Origin: Paragordius varius
Lineage: Eukaryota > Animalia > Nematomorpha
NCBI GenBank assembly: GCA_964247055.1
Contig: OZ176057.1
Span: 3,472,001-3,536,000, forward strand
Direction: 5' to 3'
Length of the DNA: 64,000 nt
Part shown: positions 12,272-24,600 of the stretch, one piece after another
How the letters are laid out: each line of letters starts with the position of its first letter
Position numbering within the stretch: position 1 is the stretch's first letter
Notes under the pieces: model-generated
The model's database searches: none
Told to the model about the DNA's origin: nothing
The model's input: only the letters and a program-made list of their open reading frames with translations
Made by a program: the position numbers and the translations under genes

Positions 12272-15200
12272 CTAAAAAATAAGACATTTGTTTAATATAT
12301 AACTATTTTTTAAAAAACAGATGTTTGAAAAACGATAAATAAACGGAGAAATATTGAAAGATATGATTGCATTCAATTTTTACATAGTAATTTATGAGTA
12401 ATCATGCTTGAAATATTAAATTTACTTAAAATATACAGTTAAAAATAAAATATTTGATATAACTCGATTACAGTAATGAACACTATTATAGGCCATATCT
12501 GTATCTATAGCTAAGGAGGTCTTTGATTTACATGTCTATTGCCAATATGATTTTTCATTTAATAAGTTTTTATATTTGATTGAACAGGGTATTATTTGTT
12601 CATAATTTCCAAATTTAAAAAATGTAATTTTATGACTATTGACATGTAAAATAAATATCCTTCATACAGATATGGCCTATAAAATTTCCTGACTACTATG
12701 TATTAAAAATATAAAGTTAAATTGCAAAAAAAATTATGTAAATCTCTTATTATATAAAAGTTATATATAATAATAATTTTAATTATATTATTGATATGGT
12801 ATAATTTTACATCCAGGTCTACAGACGCGACACCCAAAACGCTGATCTTGACACCAATGAGGACAGAAAACGGGACCACACCCTCCTCCTGGCCCCCCAC
12901 CACCGTGGTTACCTGCAAAATATTTATTTTGTTAAATTTTATTCCTATTACCATAAAAAAATAAGGCATAAAAATACTAAGATTATAGCTATATATTCCA
13001 TTCCAACATTTTAAATCTAAATTTTTTAATATAAAACCATCCTACACTTCAGGTCCTATTTAGCAACATCGAACATTGTGAAAATAATGGTTGGTTTATG
13101 GAATTCAATAAGTAAGACTTTGACTTTTAAATTACATAAATTATTTTAATATATATTTATCTCCGCCTTACCTTTTCAAATTTATTGTAATTTTTATTAT
13201 AAATAATTAAACTAACTAACATCTGTGATCACAGAAAGGACAGCCTCCGCGATGTGGAAATCTTCTGCACCAAGGAGAACAACCCCATAGGGGCCGACAT
13301 CCACCTATTTAAATATTTATTTATAAATTCTTTAGAACATGAAATTTGTACAGTAAAAATTAAAATTATGCCAAAAAATGTAAAAATGTTACAAACATAT
13401 ATTCTAACTCATCATTTTTGTTTGAAATGGGAATCAATATTGTAAATTGGTAATATACTCACTTATATAATTTAAAATTGTTAAATACTATGTTTGGGAA
13501 AACCAAAAGTGTTAATAATATGGAATGGTTTTATTTTTAGAAAATTTTTATGTTTTGTCTGTTAGTATATCAATTTTTACTGTGATGTGACAATATGAGT
13601 AAGTATACATTGCTAGAAAGTTATTATTGCCAAAAAGCATATGCAACAAAGGGCAGTCTTATTGGGTTATATTTATTTTTTTCACTTTTTACTATTATTA
13701 GCCATTATTAACTCGCTTTGCTGCATATACTATTGCAATAATTAATAACTTTTTAACATATATATTTACATACTGTATATTCAAAATCTGTTTCAAAAAT
13801 GTTTTACAGTATGAGTAAGTAAACTTTGGCTTATGCCAGTTTTTTATTAATTTTTACCAGATACAATAAACTAGAGAGAGTTATTGACTTATAGTTAATA
13901 TTTTTGCTTATTATTGCTATTAGCCAATATTAATGTTCTTTTCTGCTTGCCATCTCTGGCTATACAATATACCAGTCAATCGAAACCATTTCCAATCAAA
14001 TTTTCTCAGTCGATAAAAACTGTTTTATTTTTGAAGATAAATATCAAAATAGGAGATAATAACTTTTAATCATTAAAAGCACCCTAATAAGTATATTATT
14101 TTTTATATGAATGACATTTTTTTCTATTATATGTTAATGCATAATCATTAATAATTTATTCTTTTTTATATTTGCTACCTGGATGAGTATTTTATGGTTT
14201 TTATGATATTTATATAAAAAATATTTTTTTTTATATAGTTTTTCATTTACCAATTGAGATCGATGTTTTGCATTAATATTTGGGGTTAACCTAAAAATTT
14301 CTAGTTTCGGATAAAATAATAATATTCAAAAATACCATTTAAATTTCAAATTATTCATTTAACACTTCAAGTATTTACCCATTTCTAATTTATCGATAAA
14401 AATATCGTCGAAACGCATAATCTAACCAATATTATTTTTTTATGAAAAAGGTTTTTAAAATTTTGTAAAATAAATACATTTTCAATTGTTTGAAAATCAA
14501 TTAATCGTTAAATTCTTGAGATTAATATGGAATATTTTTTAAATTTTTATTATTTTATTCAAAACTAGAAATAATTTTGGGTTAGCCCAAATATTAATAT
14601 GAACCCTCGTTCTTAATTGTTGAATAAAATATTAAAGTTTTTTTGTATAATCAGTTAATAATATCTAAATAAAGAATAAGTTGTTAATGATTGTGTTTTG
14701 TCATATAATAACGAAAAATTGTCAATCAATTGTTTTCATATAAATAATATCCTATTTATATGCTCATAATGGTTAAAGGTTATTTTTATATCTTGTTTTG
14801 ATATCTATCATCACAAATAAAACAGTTTTTTATTGACTGGGAAAACGTTTCTATTGACTGGGAAATGATATGTTTAGTGAGAAACTATCAATGTATATTT
14901 ATTATACTGTAAATATCGGTAAAACCGCGATATTTGCATATTTTCAAAAAGCTCATTTTTAGTCGGTATTATATATGCACGGATCTGAAGACACGAAAAT
15001 ATATTTTAGCCCCCCAGCTGCTGTAAACGGAATATAAAATAAAAACAAAACATAAAAACTAAAAGACTGATGATATTATCCTTTTTGAAAAGAAACAATA
15101 TTTATTATTCTAATTATTTGGAATAGTTAAAATTTATACTCTTTTCCTTATTGTTCAGATTTTCAAAATATGGCTCGTCAAAAAACAAACAAAAATATTA

Positions 15201-15626
15201 GTCTTTGTTCATGGATGTCTAACACAAATGGCTTCGCGGGCCGCATTTAAAAATATTGGCACAAATTATATTATCTTTTGTTAGTATTAAAGCACATTGA
15301 ATGTAAAAAATGGCAAAAAGTATATGTCTTCTATTTATCTCAATAATATTTGCTGGCTGATTTATTCCATTCCAAGAACTTTAAAGAAATAAATTATAAA
15401 AATAATAATTTTCAATTTGTAATTTTTTAATTTTTCAACATGCATATGTTGCACACCCATGTTTAACTGTATATAAATATCAAAAACATTCACCTCCTCC
15501 ATGCAACTCCTGTGCACTAACGGAATTTAAATTAATCACCGAAATGTCCAGTAAAATTACCAATAAAACAATGGAAAAAAGGGGCCATGAATAATGAAAT
15601 ATGTTTTGCTGGCGTTTCGATAACAT
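12162..15626 (-). CDS. Cys-rich peptide locus B (tandem paralog of A): one signal exon plus 3 alternative terminal exons
   Basis: Exon 1 15626..15494 encodes MLSKRQQNIFHYSWPLFSIVLLVILLDISVINLNSVSAQELHGG+G, donor G|GTGAAT (133 nt = 44 codons+1). Terminal exons at 13304..13216, 12912..12788 and 12271..12162. Confidence 0.85.
12788..12912 (-). CDS. Terminal exon B2, (G)NHGGGGPGGGCGPVFCPHWCQDQRFGCRVCRPGCKIIPYQ*
   Basis: Acceptor ttttgcag|GT; 125 nt = 2+41 codons. The ORF-track hit 12703..12969 is the wrong frame of this exon. Confidence 0.85.
13216..13304 (-). CDS. Terminal exon B1, (G)GCRPLWGCSPWCRRFPHRGGCPFCDHRC*
   Basis: Acceptor aaatag|GT; 89 nt = 2+29 codons; AATAAA on the - strand at 13198-13193 and 13186-13181. 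Confidence 0.85.
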
Positions 15627-16540
15627 TGTGTAGAAACAGAATTGAGGTGGAAAAGGAAATAGTTTTGGGTAGATTTAGAAAAAAAAGATAAATTTTTGAT
15701 TCCTTATTCCTTATAAAATTATATTTTACTATTTATATTTTAATCAATTTAATAAATGAAAGGTAATTATACCTTAAAGCAGGCATAATAGTGTGATTAT
15801 CTATGTTGCACACAGAGGGCACATATTTAAAGCCAAATTTTATATACAGTTAAAAATTAGTTATTTTTTATGTATCCAAAATTTTTATGATTTATAATTA
15901 ACCTTAGGTTAGTTGATGAATTTAATATATATAACAAGCACATTTAATTTAATGCATTCTTTTAAAAATTTATTAAAGTTTATAAGCATCTTCCTATAAA
16001 AACTAAAAATATAAATTATATATATCTGTGTGCAAAATAGAGGGTATATTTTTAACAAAAAATATTATTTCCATGAGATAGCTTATAGACAGCGTTTTCA
16101 TTTGCCGAAAAAATTTTTGTTCAAAATCTTTTTTTGAAATAGAGAGATCCAAATCGACCAAAAATTGAAAATAAAAGATAATTAAGGTTAATTTAAAGAT
16201 TGATGATAAAATTTAAGATTTTATGGTTTTTTTAGGATATATTTTCAAATAAATAGCCTAAAATTATATAGTTAGGGTTTTAATAAAATTTCAGCTTAAA
16301 AGATGGCGTTTTTTTATTTCACACTTAAAAGACAAATTCTAATGAAACTATAAAATAATTTATTTACTGCCTTAACTCACTATTAAAATCTTAACATTCA
16401 TATTTTATTCAGTAAAAAAACTTATATATCAAAATAAAACCAAAATATTGTTTTTTATCTTTGCACTTTTTTGTCATCTGGTTTATGAGGGTATTTTTAT
16501 ACTGTTTTATTTTGGAATCTTACATAAGTGGTAATTATTA

Positions 16541-16709
16541 AGTATATAGTTTATGCAAAATATGATTTAAAAGTAGTGGATTATCAACCAACAATCCTTA
16601 CTAATATCTACGAAAATGTTAATTTGTCTTAAATCTTACAGCGATTTGTAAGGATTGTTGGTTGAAATTCCACTATTTTTAATCCTATTTTGCATAAATT
16701 ATATACTTA
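16541..16709. repeat. Short foldback with about 60-bp arms between loci B and C
   Basis: aagtatatagtttatgcaaaata..caacaatccttac is inverted as gtaaggattgttggttg..ttttgcataaattatatactt. Confidence 0.75.
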
Positions 16710-16735
16710 ATACCCACTCATAATCATGCCCTACT

Positions 16736-16766
<31 letters not shown>

Positions 16767-17832
16767 TAAGATATGTGCTTTCTTGTCACCTAACTTATCA
16801 TATAAAGAAATTTTATTTCTGTAACATTGAATGGCTTTTTTCGAATAATTTTGGCCTGTCGTTTGGAAATTACACTTCAATAAGGGTCGAACAAATGAGC
16901 TGTACACCTTTTGATCGTGACAAAAACAAAAAAATCCAATACTTTCATAATTATATTATGGGTTATTTAGGGTTTATCTAGCAATTCTAGACATACGATT
17001 TACCAAAGTAACCCATTATATATATATATAATATATTTATACTTTAATACGGTATTTGATACAATATTATGCATTAAATTTTTATCCGTGAAATAATATC
17101 AACCTAAAATTACTGATCATATTTAAAATAAAACTGAAAATACCAAGTAGCACAGAACAAAGTAGTTTGGTGCTGCTTGTTAGCACTTTCATATATCACT
17201 TTTTTAAAATTTAATTTTCAGTTTATATCAATATTTCTTGGTTTGAAATTTGATACAATCTTACAATATTATTTAACTATTGCTCTATTACCTATTTATT
17301 TGCAAAGTTTAAGCCATTTGATTCATATGTAAAATTTTTATAACGTTATATCTAAAAGAGCTGACACTCCTATTAATTTAAAAAATCCTTATATGCAATT
17401 ACAAAAACATACGAAAATAATAAGTATGGGATTGTATAAATAAATATGGGAAAGGAATTACAAAATTATTGCCAATTTGATAGTGAATTTAATTAAATAG
17501 ATTGATACATAACAAAATTTATCTTAGCGCTTTCCCTATTTGTCTTTAAACTCAATAGAATAAAATATTTATTACCAAAAAACTATTATCTCATAAGAGG
17601 TTTTTTTCCATAAAATTATTACAATTTATTATTGATATTGTATTTGATGGAATTGGCCCGAAATAAGAGAGAATTAATACTTATCGCATGATTCTAATTA
17701 TACATTAAATAAACTAATTAACTTTCAACAAGGTGAATGATAAATATATATTAAAATATCAATATAATTTTTGGTGATAGAACAATTTATAATTATTTTA
17801 TCAAATTTTCAAATCACAAATTTGAAATAATA

Positions 17833-18110
17833 ATGTATACTCTAATATTTTTTGTAATATTGAGTGTTAGCCACATAAGTCAATCCCAATCACAAAGTGC
17901 ACCAAGATCGGCCAGTAAATTATTGTTTATATATCCATTTCAAATAATTTTATTTTGCTCATATAAAGTCAAAATTGTAATATATATTTATATATTTTAT
18001 CCAATTTAGATAGTCCTCTGTGCCCTACATTGTTGTGTCCACCCCGTTGTATAAAGAACCCACCCCGTGGATGCTCATTTTGCATACCGAATTGTAAATT
18101 TTTTTTGTAG
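17833..18110 (+). CDS. Cys-rich peptide locus C, proximal isoform: MYTLIFFVILSVSHISQSQSQSAPRSA-NSPLCPTLLCPPRCIKNPPRGCSFCIPNCKFFL*
   Basis: Exon 1 17833..17914 (27 codons+1, donor A|GTAAAT); 95-nt intron; exon 2 18010..18110 (tttag|AT); same C-x4-C-x3-C-xn-C-x2-C-x3-C spacing as loci A and B. Confidence 0.8.
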
Positions 18111-19430
18111 TTTTACAGTAAACATTGACATTGATATACAAACAAAACGTAAAATCTAAAAGACAACCACCATGCTTTAGGTAAACCCTGATATTTCCAA
18201 CACAAACTATCTAACATTTCATTTTAATTTTGAAATATATAATTGAGTGTTACCTATCCATTTACACACCCATACCTTTATTGCGTATTTTTTAAGCCAT
18301 AATTTGAAAAAAATCAATGCTTAATAAAGTATGGTTGTCTTTAAAATAATAAATATTTGTGTAATTTATTTTTACGTTTCGTCCGTATAATTTTAATTTA
18401 GTGTATAAAAATTTAGGATTAATTTTGTTTACAAAGGGTATGTTAAAAGTAACACTTTTGGCCTTAATTTAATTTATTTTATTGGAAAAAAGATTTTAAC
18501 TAAACTTTGCGATAATCAGGGTTAGATGCCGTCTAAAAAAATTTTATTGCGAATACTCATTGACAGGGTTGAATTTTAATAGATTTTGTAATTAAATTTT
18601 ACAATATTTCCCATATTTATCAGTTTAACTTTAGAACCTTTACGGTAATTTTTTTATTCCTTATTCTTCCGTGTAATTCTCAAAGAAATATAGTTTATTC
18701 AGTTAATATTGAAAATATATAGAAAAAATGTAAAAATCAAAAATGTTTTTTATAAAAAGACAAATCTATTTTTTTGTAACATGATTATTTTATATAACTT
18801 ATTATTTTGGGTTGCGAAATAAAAAAAATAGCAATGTAAATTAGTAACAAATTATATTATTAAATATTCCACACATATAAATAAAGATAAGGAAACATCA
18901 AACTTAAAAAAAGTTGCCTTTGCAAAAAATATTTATTTATTCTAAACATTATTTTAACAAATTTTTGTGCAGAATTAAAATCAACCTAAGCCAGAGAGAC
19001 ATTTGCCGTTAAGTTTTACTAAAAACGTTATTAAAAAAATTTTTGAGACTCACACATCCATCCATTATCATAAAATTAACAAATATAAAATGGGTCGTAA
19101 AATGTAGATTAACGAACACTTAACTTAGTGCCGGGTAGTAACTCTATTTGGCTAAAATATTCAAGCAAAAAATAAATGATTTTATTTATAATTGGGGATC
19201 TCTTGCTAAGCTTTTAAATAGACTCATATAACCGGAATAACTCACATATAAATAACCCTGCTTTAAAACATTAAAAATTTAAAATTTACGGGCAACAAGT
19301 AAAAAAAAAAATATTATTTTTCAAAAAAAGACTATCATAATTTTTTAAACCTTAATTATCATATAAATTATATAAGTAAAATTGTATTGAATATTTTACC
19401 AATTACGTGTCAATTATTTACTCAGTTTAA

Positions 19431-20012
19431 CACTTCGATTCAAATTGGGGTATCTTTTTAAGCCATACTAAATTTAAATTAATTTTTTTAAAAAACTATT
19501 GAAGGAAACGGTCCCAATTTAAATTTATGCTTCTATCCTGATAAATATTATATAAATATGCGAAAATATCTTGATAAAATTTTGTTTTGAAAAAATAGTT
19601 CTACCTCAAACTACTTCGCCGCCATTTTTATTTTACAAAAATTTTGCAAAATATCGTCTTCATTTAATTTTAAGGGTAAAACTAAAGCATATTTTTTATA
19701 TAAATTACATCTAACATTGATAGAAATAGAAAAAGCGGTTTATTTTGTATTATTTTTTAATTTTACAATTTGACACATGTCAAGTTGACTGAATTTTTAC
19801 CTTTCAGTTTTAGCTCAAAATAAGTAATATCAAGTATTCTTGAATAAATTTTTTTATATATTTCGGTTTATTAATGTTATATAAGTGCAAAATTTTGCCA
19901 TGGTTTCGATTGCTTCCATACTTTTTAAACTATTTGATTTTAAACAGGCCTGGGATATCCAACTACCCCAATTTGAATCGAAGGACTAAAATGAGTGTGT
20001 TGTATTCAAGTG
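19431..20012. mobile_element. piggyBac-like MITE (TTAA-flanked, asymmetric termini); family copies at about 3870-4362, 22337-22876, 51160-51730, 56899-57999, 56969-57531 and 58200-58765
   Basis: Ends are TTAA|CACT-TCGATTCAAATTGGGGTA and TTAA|CACT-(~27-nt spacer)-TCGATTCAAATTGGGGTA. Confidence 0.8.
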
Positions 20013-20795
20013 TTAAAACAATAATTATATTTGAATTAAGATTTAAAAAGAATGGTTGTCTTTCAGGAAAAAAAAATTGTATTTATATTTTTACGTTTTG
20101 AGTCTAATTTCAGTTTTTACTGCACTTTCATTCACACTTTCTTTCTTTTTTGAGTTTTATGGTGTAAAAAGATTTCTTAAGTGGTAGCATATCCTTACTT
20201 TAAGGATTATAAAACATTTCACTGTAGCCATTCAAACGGCTCTTCTTCTAAAAATTTTAAGTTTGCTTGTGTTAAAAAAAACTTACAAAAATTTAGGATA
20301 TTAAAAAGTGTATTTAGAACCTGCAAGATGCCCAAAAATGCTTAAATTTTAGTAGACATAACATCTGATTCGCATGCCCTATATGAGTTTTAATATATTG
20401 ATCCTTATCTATTCAAATTCTATAGCATGAAAAAACATTTTAAAGCCTCTTATTTTTTTTATGGAATAGAAATAATTGGTAACACAGATCATTTCTTTTT
20501 TCACAATTGTATTCATTAAAGTTTTACAAGAAAAAACTAAGATCAAAGACTGTTCTTTGCATTATAGAATCACTATACTTTTGGTTTTTAAACGAATACT
20601 AGGTCCTAACAAGCCCTAGGAAATTATAACTGAAATTGACTCCTAAAACATTGGAACCGACCGAGAGGGTTTATAAACCGGGGTCGGAACCGCTAAAATC
20701 CTATAAAAACATTTTTCATGCTTTTTCACCTAATAGTTTCAATTTCGCTTAACTGTATTAGTCAGCCCTTTAACAAAAATGCATATTTTTATCAG

Positions 20796-20962
20796 GTCCC
20801 GGGACCGGAGGGGGCGGAATCGGAGGTGGAGGCGGCGTAAGAGGACGCTATTGCGGAGGTCCTGGAAGACCGTCAGGGTGTCCGATTCTAACGTGTGAAA
20901 AGCATTGTCAATCTCAAACTTGCGGGGAACGATGTTACAAATGTAAAACTGGCTGCAGATAA
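20796..20962 (+). CDS. Gly-rich 8-Cys terminal exon (S/G)PGTGGGGIGGGGGVRGRYCGGPGRPSGCPILTCEKHCQSQTCGERCYKCKTGCR*; likely distal alternative exon of locus C
   Basis: Acceptor ttttatcag|GT, phase 1; 167 nt = 2+55 codons; AATAAA at 21152. The upstream exon assignment (17914 or a local ATG at 20718) is uncertain. Confidence 0.75.
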
Positions 20963-21645
20963 ATATATGTCAAAAAAATCACAAAAATTTTATATTTATC
21001 ATTTTCTTCCCACAATTATTTATTAATGTATATATTGATACCACCCCAACCACATTGGTGATGCGTTATCATATATTTGTGAAATTTGCAGATAAAATAT
21101 TGATACTGTATGTATATATATTAATATATATCCCCTTTAAATAATTTACATAATAAATAAATATTTATGCTAAAGAAAGCATATTCTTTATTAGTTTGAG
21201 TCGAGAATTCGAACCATTTAATATGTTGAGAAATTACACATAACTTAACGGGTTTTATAAATTTTAAAAATGTATGAAACTATGGGGTCAATTGCATAAA
21301 GGATACCCAAATTGTCATTTTAAAAAGGATAATTTTTAATTCTGTTTTTAAAATTCTATCGAATCTTTGCTGCTCTGTTAACCCATTTATATGCATAAGT
21401 TTTTATCATTTTTAAAGTTTTTTAGATAAATAAAGGATATTTATTACATTAGCAGCATAAGTGTATCTTTCTTTAATTGTTTTTTAACAGAACGGTTAAC
21501 TTTGTTGATATGTTTATTTCACCATACAGTAAATAGAGGTCCTAAGGTGTTTAGCTAACATAAAATTGAAAATCAAATTATTAACAGAAATTTTATAATT
21601 ACATATTTACATCAGTCATTTTCTAGGAAAAAAGCAAAATATAAA

Positions 21646-24600
21646 ATGAACACTCAATATTCTCGACGATTCAAGGATAAAAATTATTCTTTTAGAATCT
21701 TTTACGTATTTTTTGGAGTCGTTATACACTGCTTAGATTCGATTGGAGCTCAATGTATGACTTTATTTTATATATGCATAAAAATTTTGGTTGAAATGCA
21801 TTTTATTTTTAATATAATTCAAAATTCAATCAATTAATTTATTTTAAAAATGTTTTTTTTAGTAATCTTATGATATTGTTAGCTTGTGAAAACACTCAGT
21901 TTCGATCATTCGATGGAAGTTGCAATAATGCTGAAAATAGCCAATGGGGACAAGCAAATACTCAACATTTAAGGTTTTTACCCGCAAATTATGCCGATGG
22001 TATGCACATTTCATAATATTATATATATATAGCAATTAAAATTATATTTATACGGCAAAAAAAATACAACCCATACTTTTTAGATGTGGATTATTTTGAA
22101 CGACTGATTGTTTCAAAATGCAAAGTACATAATAGAGATGCTAATTGGTTAAACAATCAATTATGTGTTTTACAATTCATTAAATGATGATTATAAGATA
22201 AATTAATATTTAAAAATTTATGTTTTGTCTTGTGGATAAAATTTGGTCTTTATATTTTTACGTTTTATCTCTATATGTTCTTTTTAAATATCGACATATT
22301 TTATTATTATCGCTATTTTATCGTAAAAGTGATTAAACTTGGATACATCACACTCATTTTAGTCCTTCGATTCAAATTGGGGTAGTTGGATAAGCCTATT
22401 AAAAATTAAAATACTTTAATAAGTATGGAAGGAATCGAAACCATGGCAAAATTTTGCACTTAAATAACATTAATAAACAGAAATATGTTAAAATTTTATT
22501 CAAAAATATTTGATATTACTTACTTTAAGCTGAAACCGAAAGGTAAAAATTTCCATGTGTGAAATTATAAAATCAAAAAATAATATAAAATAAACAGCTC
22601 TTTCTAATTCTATCAATGTTAGATGTAATTTAATTAATAAATTAGCTTTAATTTTAACTTTAATATTAAATGAAGACGATATTTTGCAAAAATTTTGTAA
22701 AATAAAAATGGCGTCGAAGTAGTTTGACATGGACCTTTTTTTTTCAAAACAAAATTTTATTAAGATATTTTCGCATATTTATATAATTTTTATTAGGATA
22801 GAAGCATAAATTTAAATTGGAACCGTTTCCTTCAGTAGTTTTTTAAAAATTTAAATCCCCAATTTGAATCGAAGTGTTAATATGTCGAAGCCATATGCCA
22901 TTTTTTCATTATTGTCTTTGTTGGCTATAAATTAAATAAATGTTAAGCAAAACTATGACATCATTTACCATTAGGAATATCAGCTATCAGAACTTCAAAA
23001 GTGGATGGGGAGCCTTTACCAAATGTTAGGGAAATTAGTTCCGCTATTATGGGAAATGGTGAGGACAGAGAAGATGACAATAGGAATATACTGTGTATGC
23101 TTTGGGGACAATTCATTGATCATGATATGACTAAAACGCCCATCTCTATAAGTTAATATTTATACATATTATTAAGAAATAAGACATGGGTTAGAAGTAT
23201 GCAAGAGGTTGATATTCTTAAATGATTTACTCTATAAATTTTCTTAAAGGACATAGTCGAAATAATTTTATTTCATATGCAATTTGGCGTTCGCATTCGT
23301 TTTTTTTAAGCTGGAATGCCAATCCATATTTTATGGCTATGACTGCGGAATATATATAAAACATCTGTTTTATATATATTTAAACTGGGTATTCGACCAA
23401 GCCACGAATATTGGCCAAACTGTTCAGAGGCGTAGTCTGAATCCGGGAAGGCCCCCTCTCCTCCTCCATGCAACCCCTTGCATTTTTAAACATAATCAAA
23501 TCCAAATCGTACTCATCATAAATGGGTCATTTTTTGTATTATTTAAAATAATAACTTTAAAATTATTATTTATTTAAACCAAAATTAAAATTTTTTGAAA
23601 TCCGACGTGCATCAGCTCCCTTCCCCCCTTAACTGCGCCTCTGAAACTGTTTATTGAATGACTTTATGTCACATTATCATAAAATATATAACCGAACAAA
23701 ATTTAGCCTAAATATCGGTTTGAATTGGATCAATAATTATAATTAATGTTTATTGCAAATTAGATTGTACAATAAAATTCTATTTAGGAAAAATTTATTT
23801 TAAGGTATTTTAGTCACATGACATGAATTTGTTTGACAATTTTATAATTATCTACTTTAGGTGGTGACAGACATAAATGCATTCATAACCGGTCAGGGCC
23901 ATTTCTAACTGTTAGTCTACCTATATACGTAAAAATTTGAAGATTTTATAATGTGTAAAGGCCCGCGAAAATTTCGGAAATTGAAATTTTGCAAAATATG
24001 CCTACAAAATCTTGAAATTAATATTTCTCAAACATTTTTAAATTAATCTATATTGGCAGGAACTCTATTTACAAATGCTTATAAAATTTTAAATGCGGCC
24101 CGCCAGATTTGTACGCTCGGTTTAAGCTGTAAATTGAATTGTATTGTTGAACTAACGACTTGATCTTTAATACCGCGTAATTTACCGTAAAGTTATTAAA
24201 AGCATTTTGTTTTTTTGCAAACACTAGAATCCAATGGCGATATATTGGATTGTTGTGATAGTGATGCGTCAGATCCCTTTTGTACCAGCATAGATACTAC
24301 GAATGATGCCTTCTTTTCAAACCATAGTGTTAATTGCTTGGGATTCGCTCGATCAGAACCTATCGATAAATCTTTAGGTATATCCGGCCCGCATATTTTT
24401 GTCCAAAATACATCTTTTTTTAATAAGATAACAAACCTAAATTCAAAATTTTTTTTGATCGTTTTCTAAAGGTAGCACATTTGAACAAATCAACCAAATT
24501 TCGTCGTTCATTGACGGTTCCATGATATATGGTGTCAATAATGACCAAGCTCGAGCACTTAGATCATTTAAAAAGGGTATTTTGTTGTTTTATTGTTGTA

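Noticed and set aside
14951-15020. Phase-1 acceptor in the locus B intron giving AAGGLKYIFVSSDPCIYNTD*
   Set aside because: Single Cys, no family motif and no counterpart in locus A; compatible with chance.
19874-20101. Recurrent ORFs MLYKCKILPWFR.. (also at 57309) and 22500-22730
   Set aside because: They fall inside copies of the piggyBac-like MITE and show no transposase similarity.
20318-20395. PARCPK..C..ACPI* fragments that could be a decayed Cys exon of locus C
   Set aside because: Requires a frameshift and two stop reversals; too weak to call.
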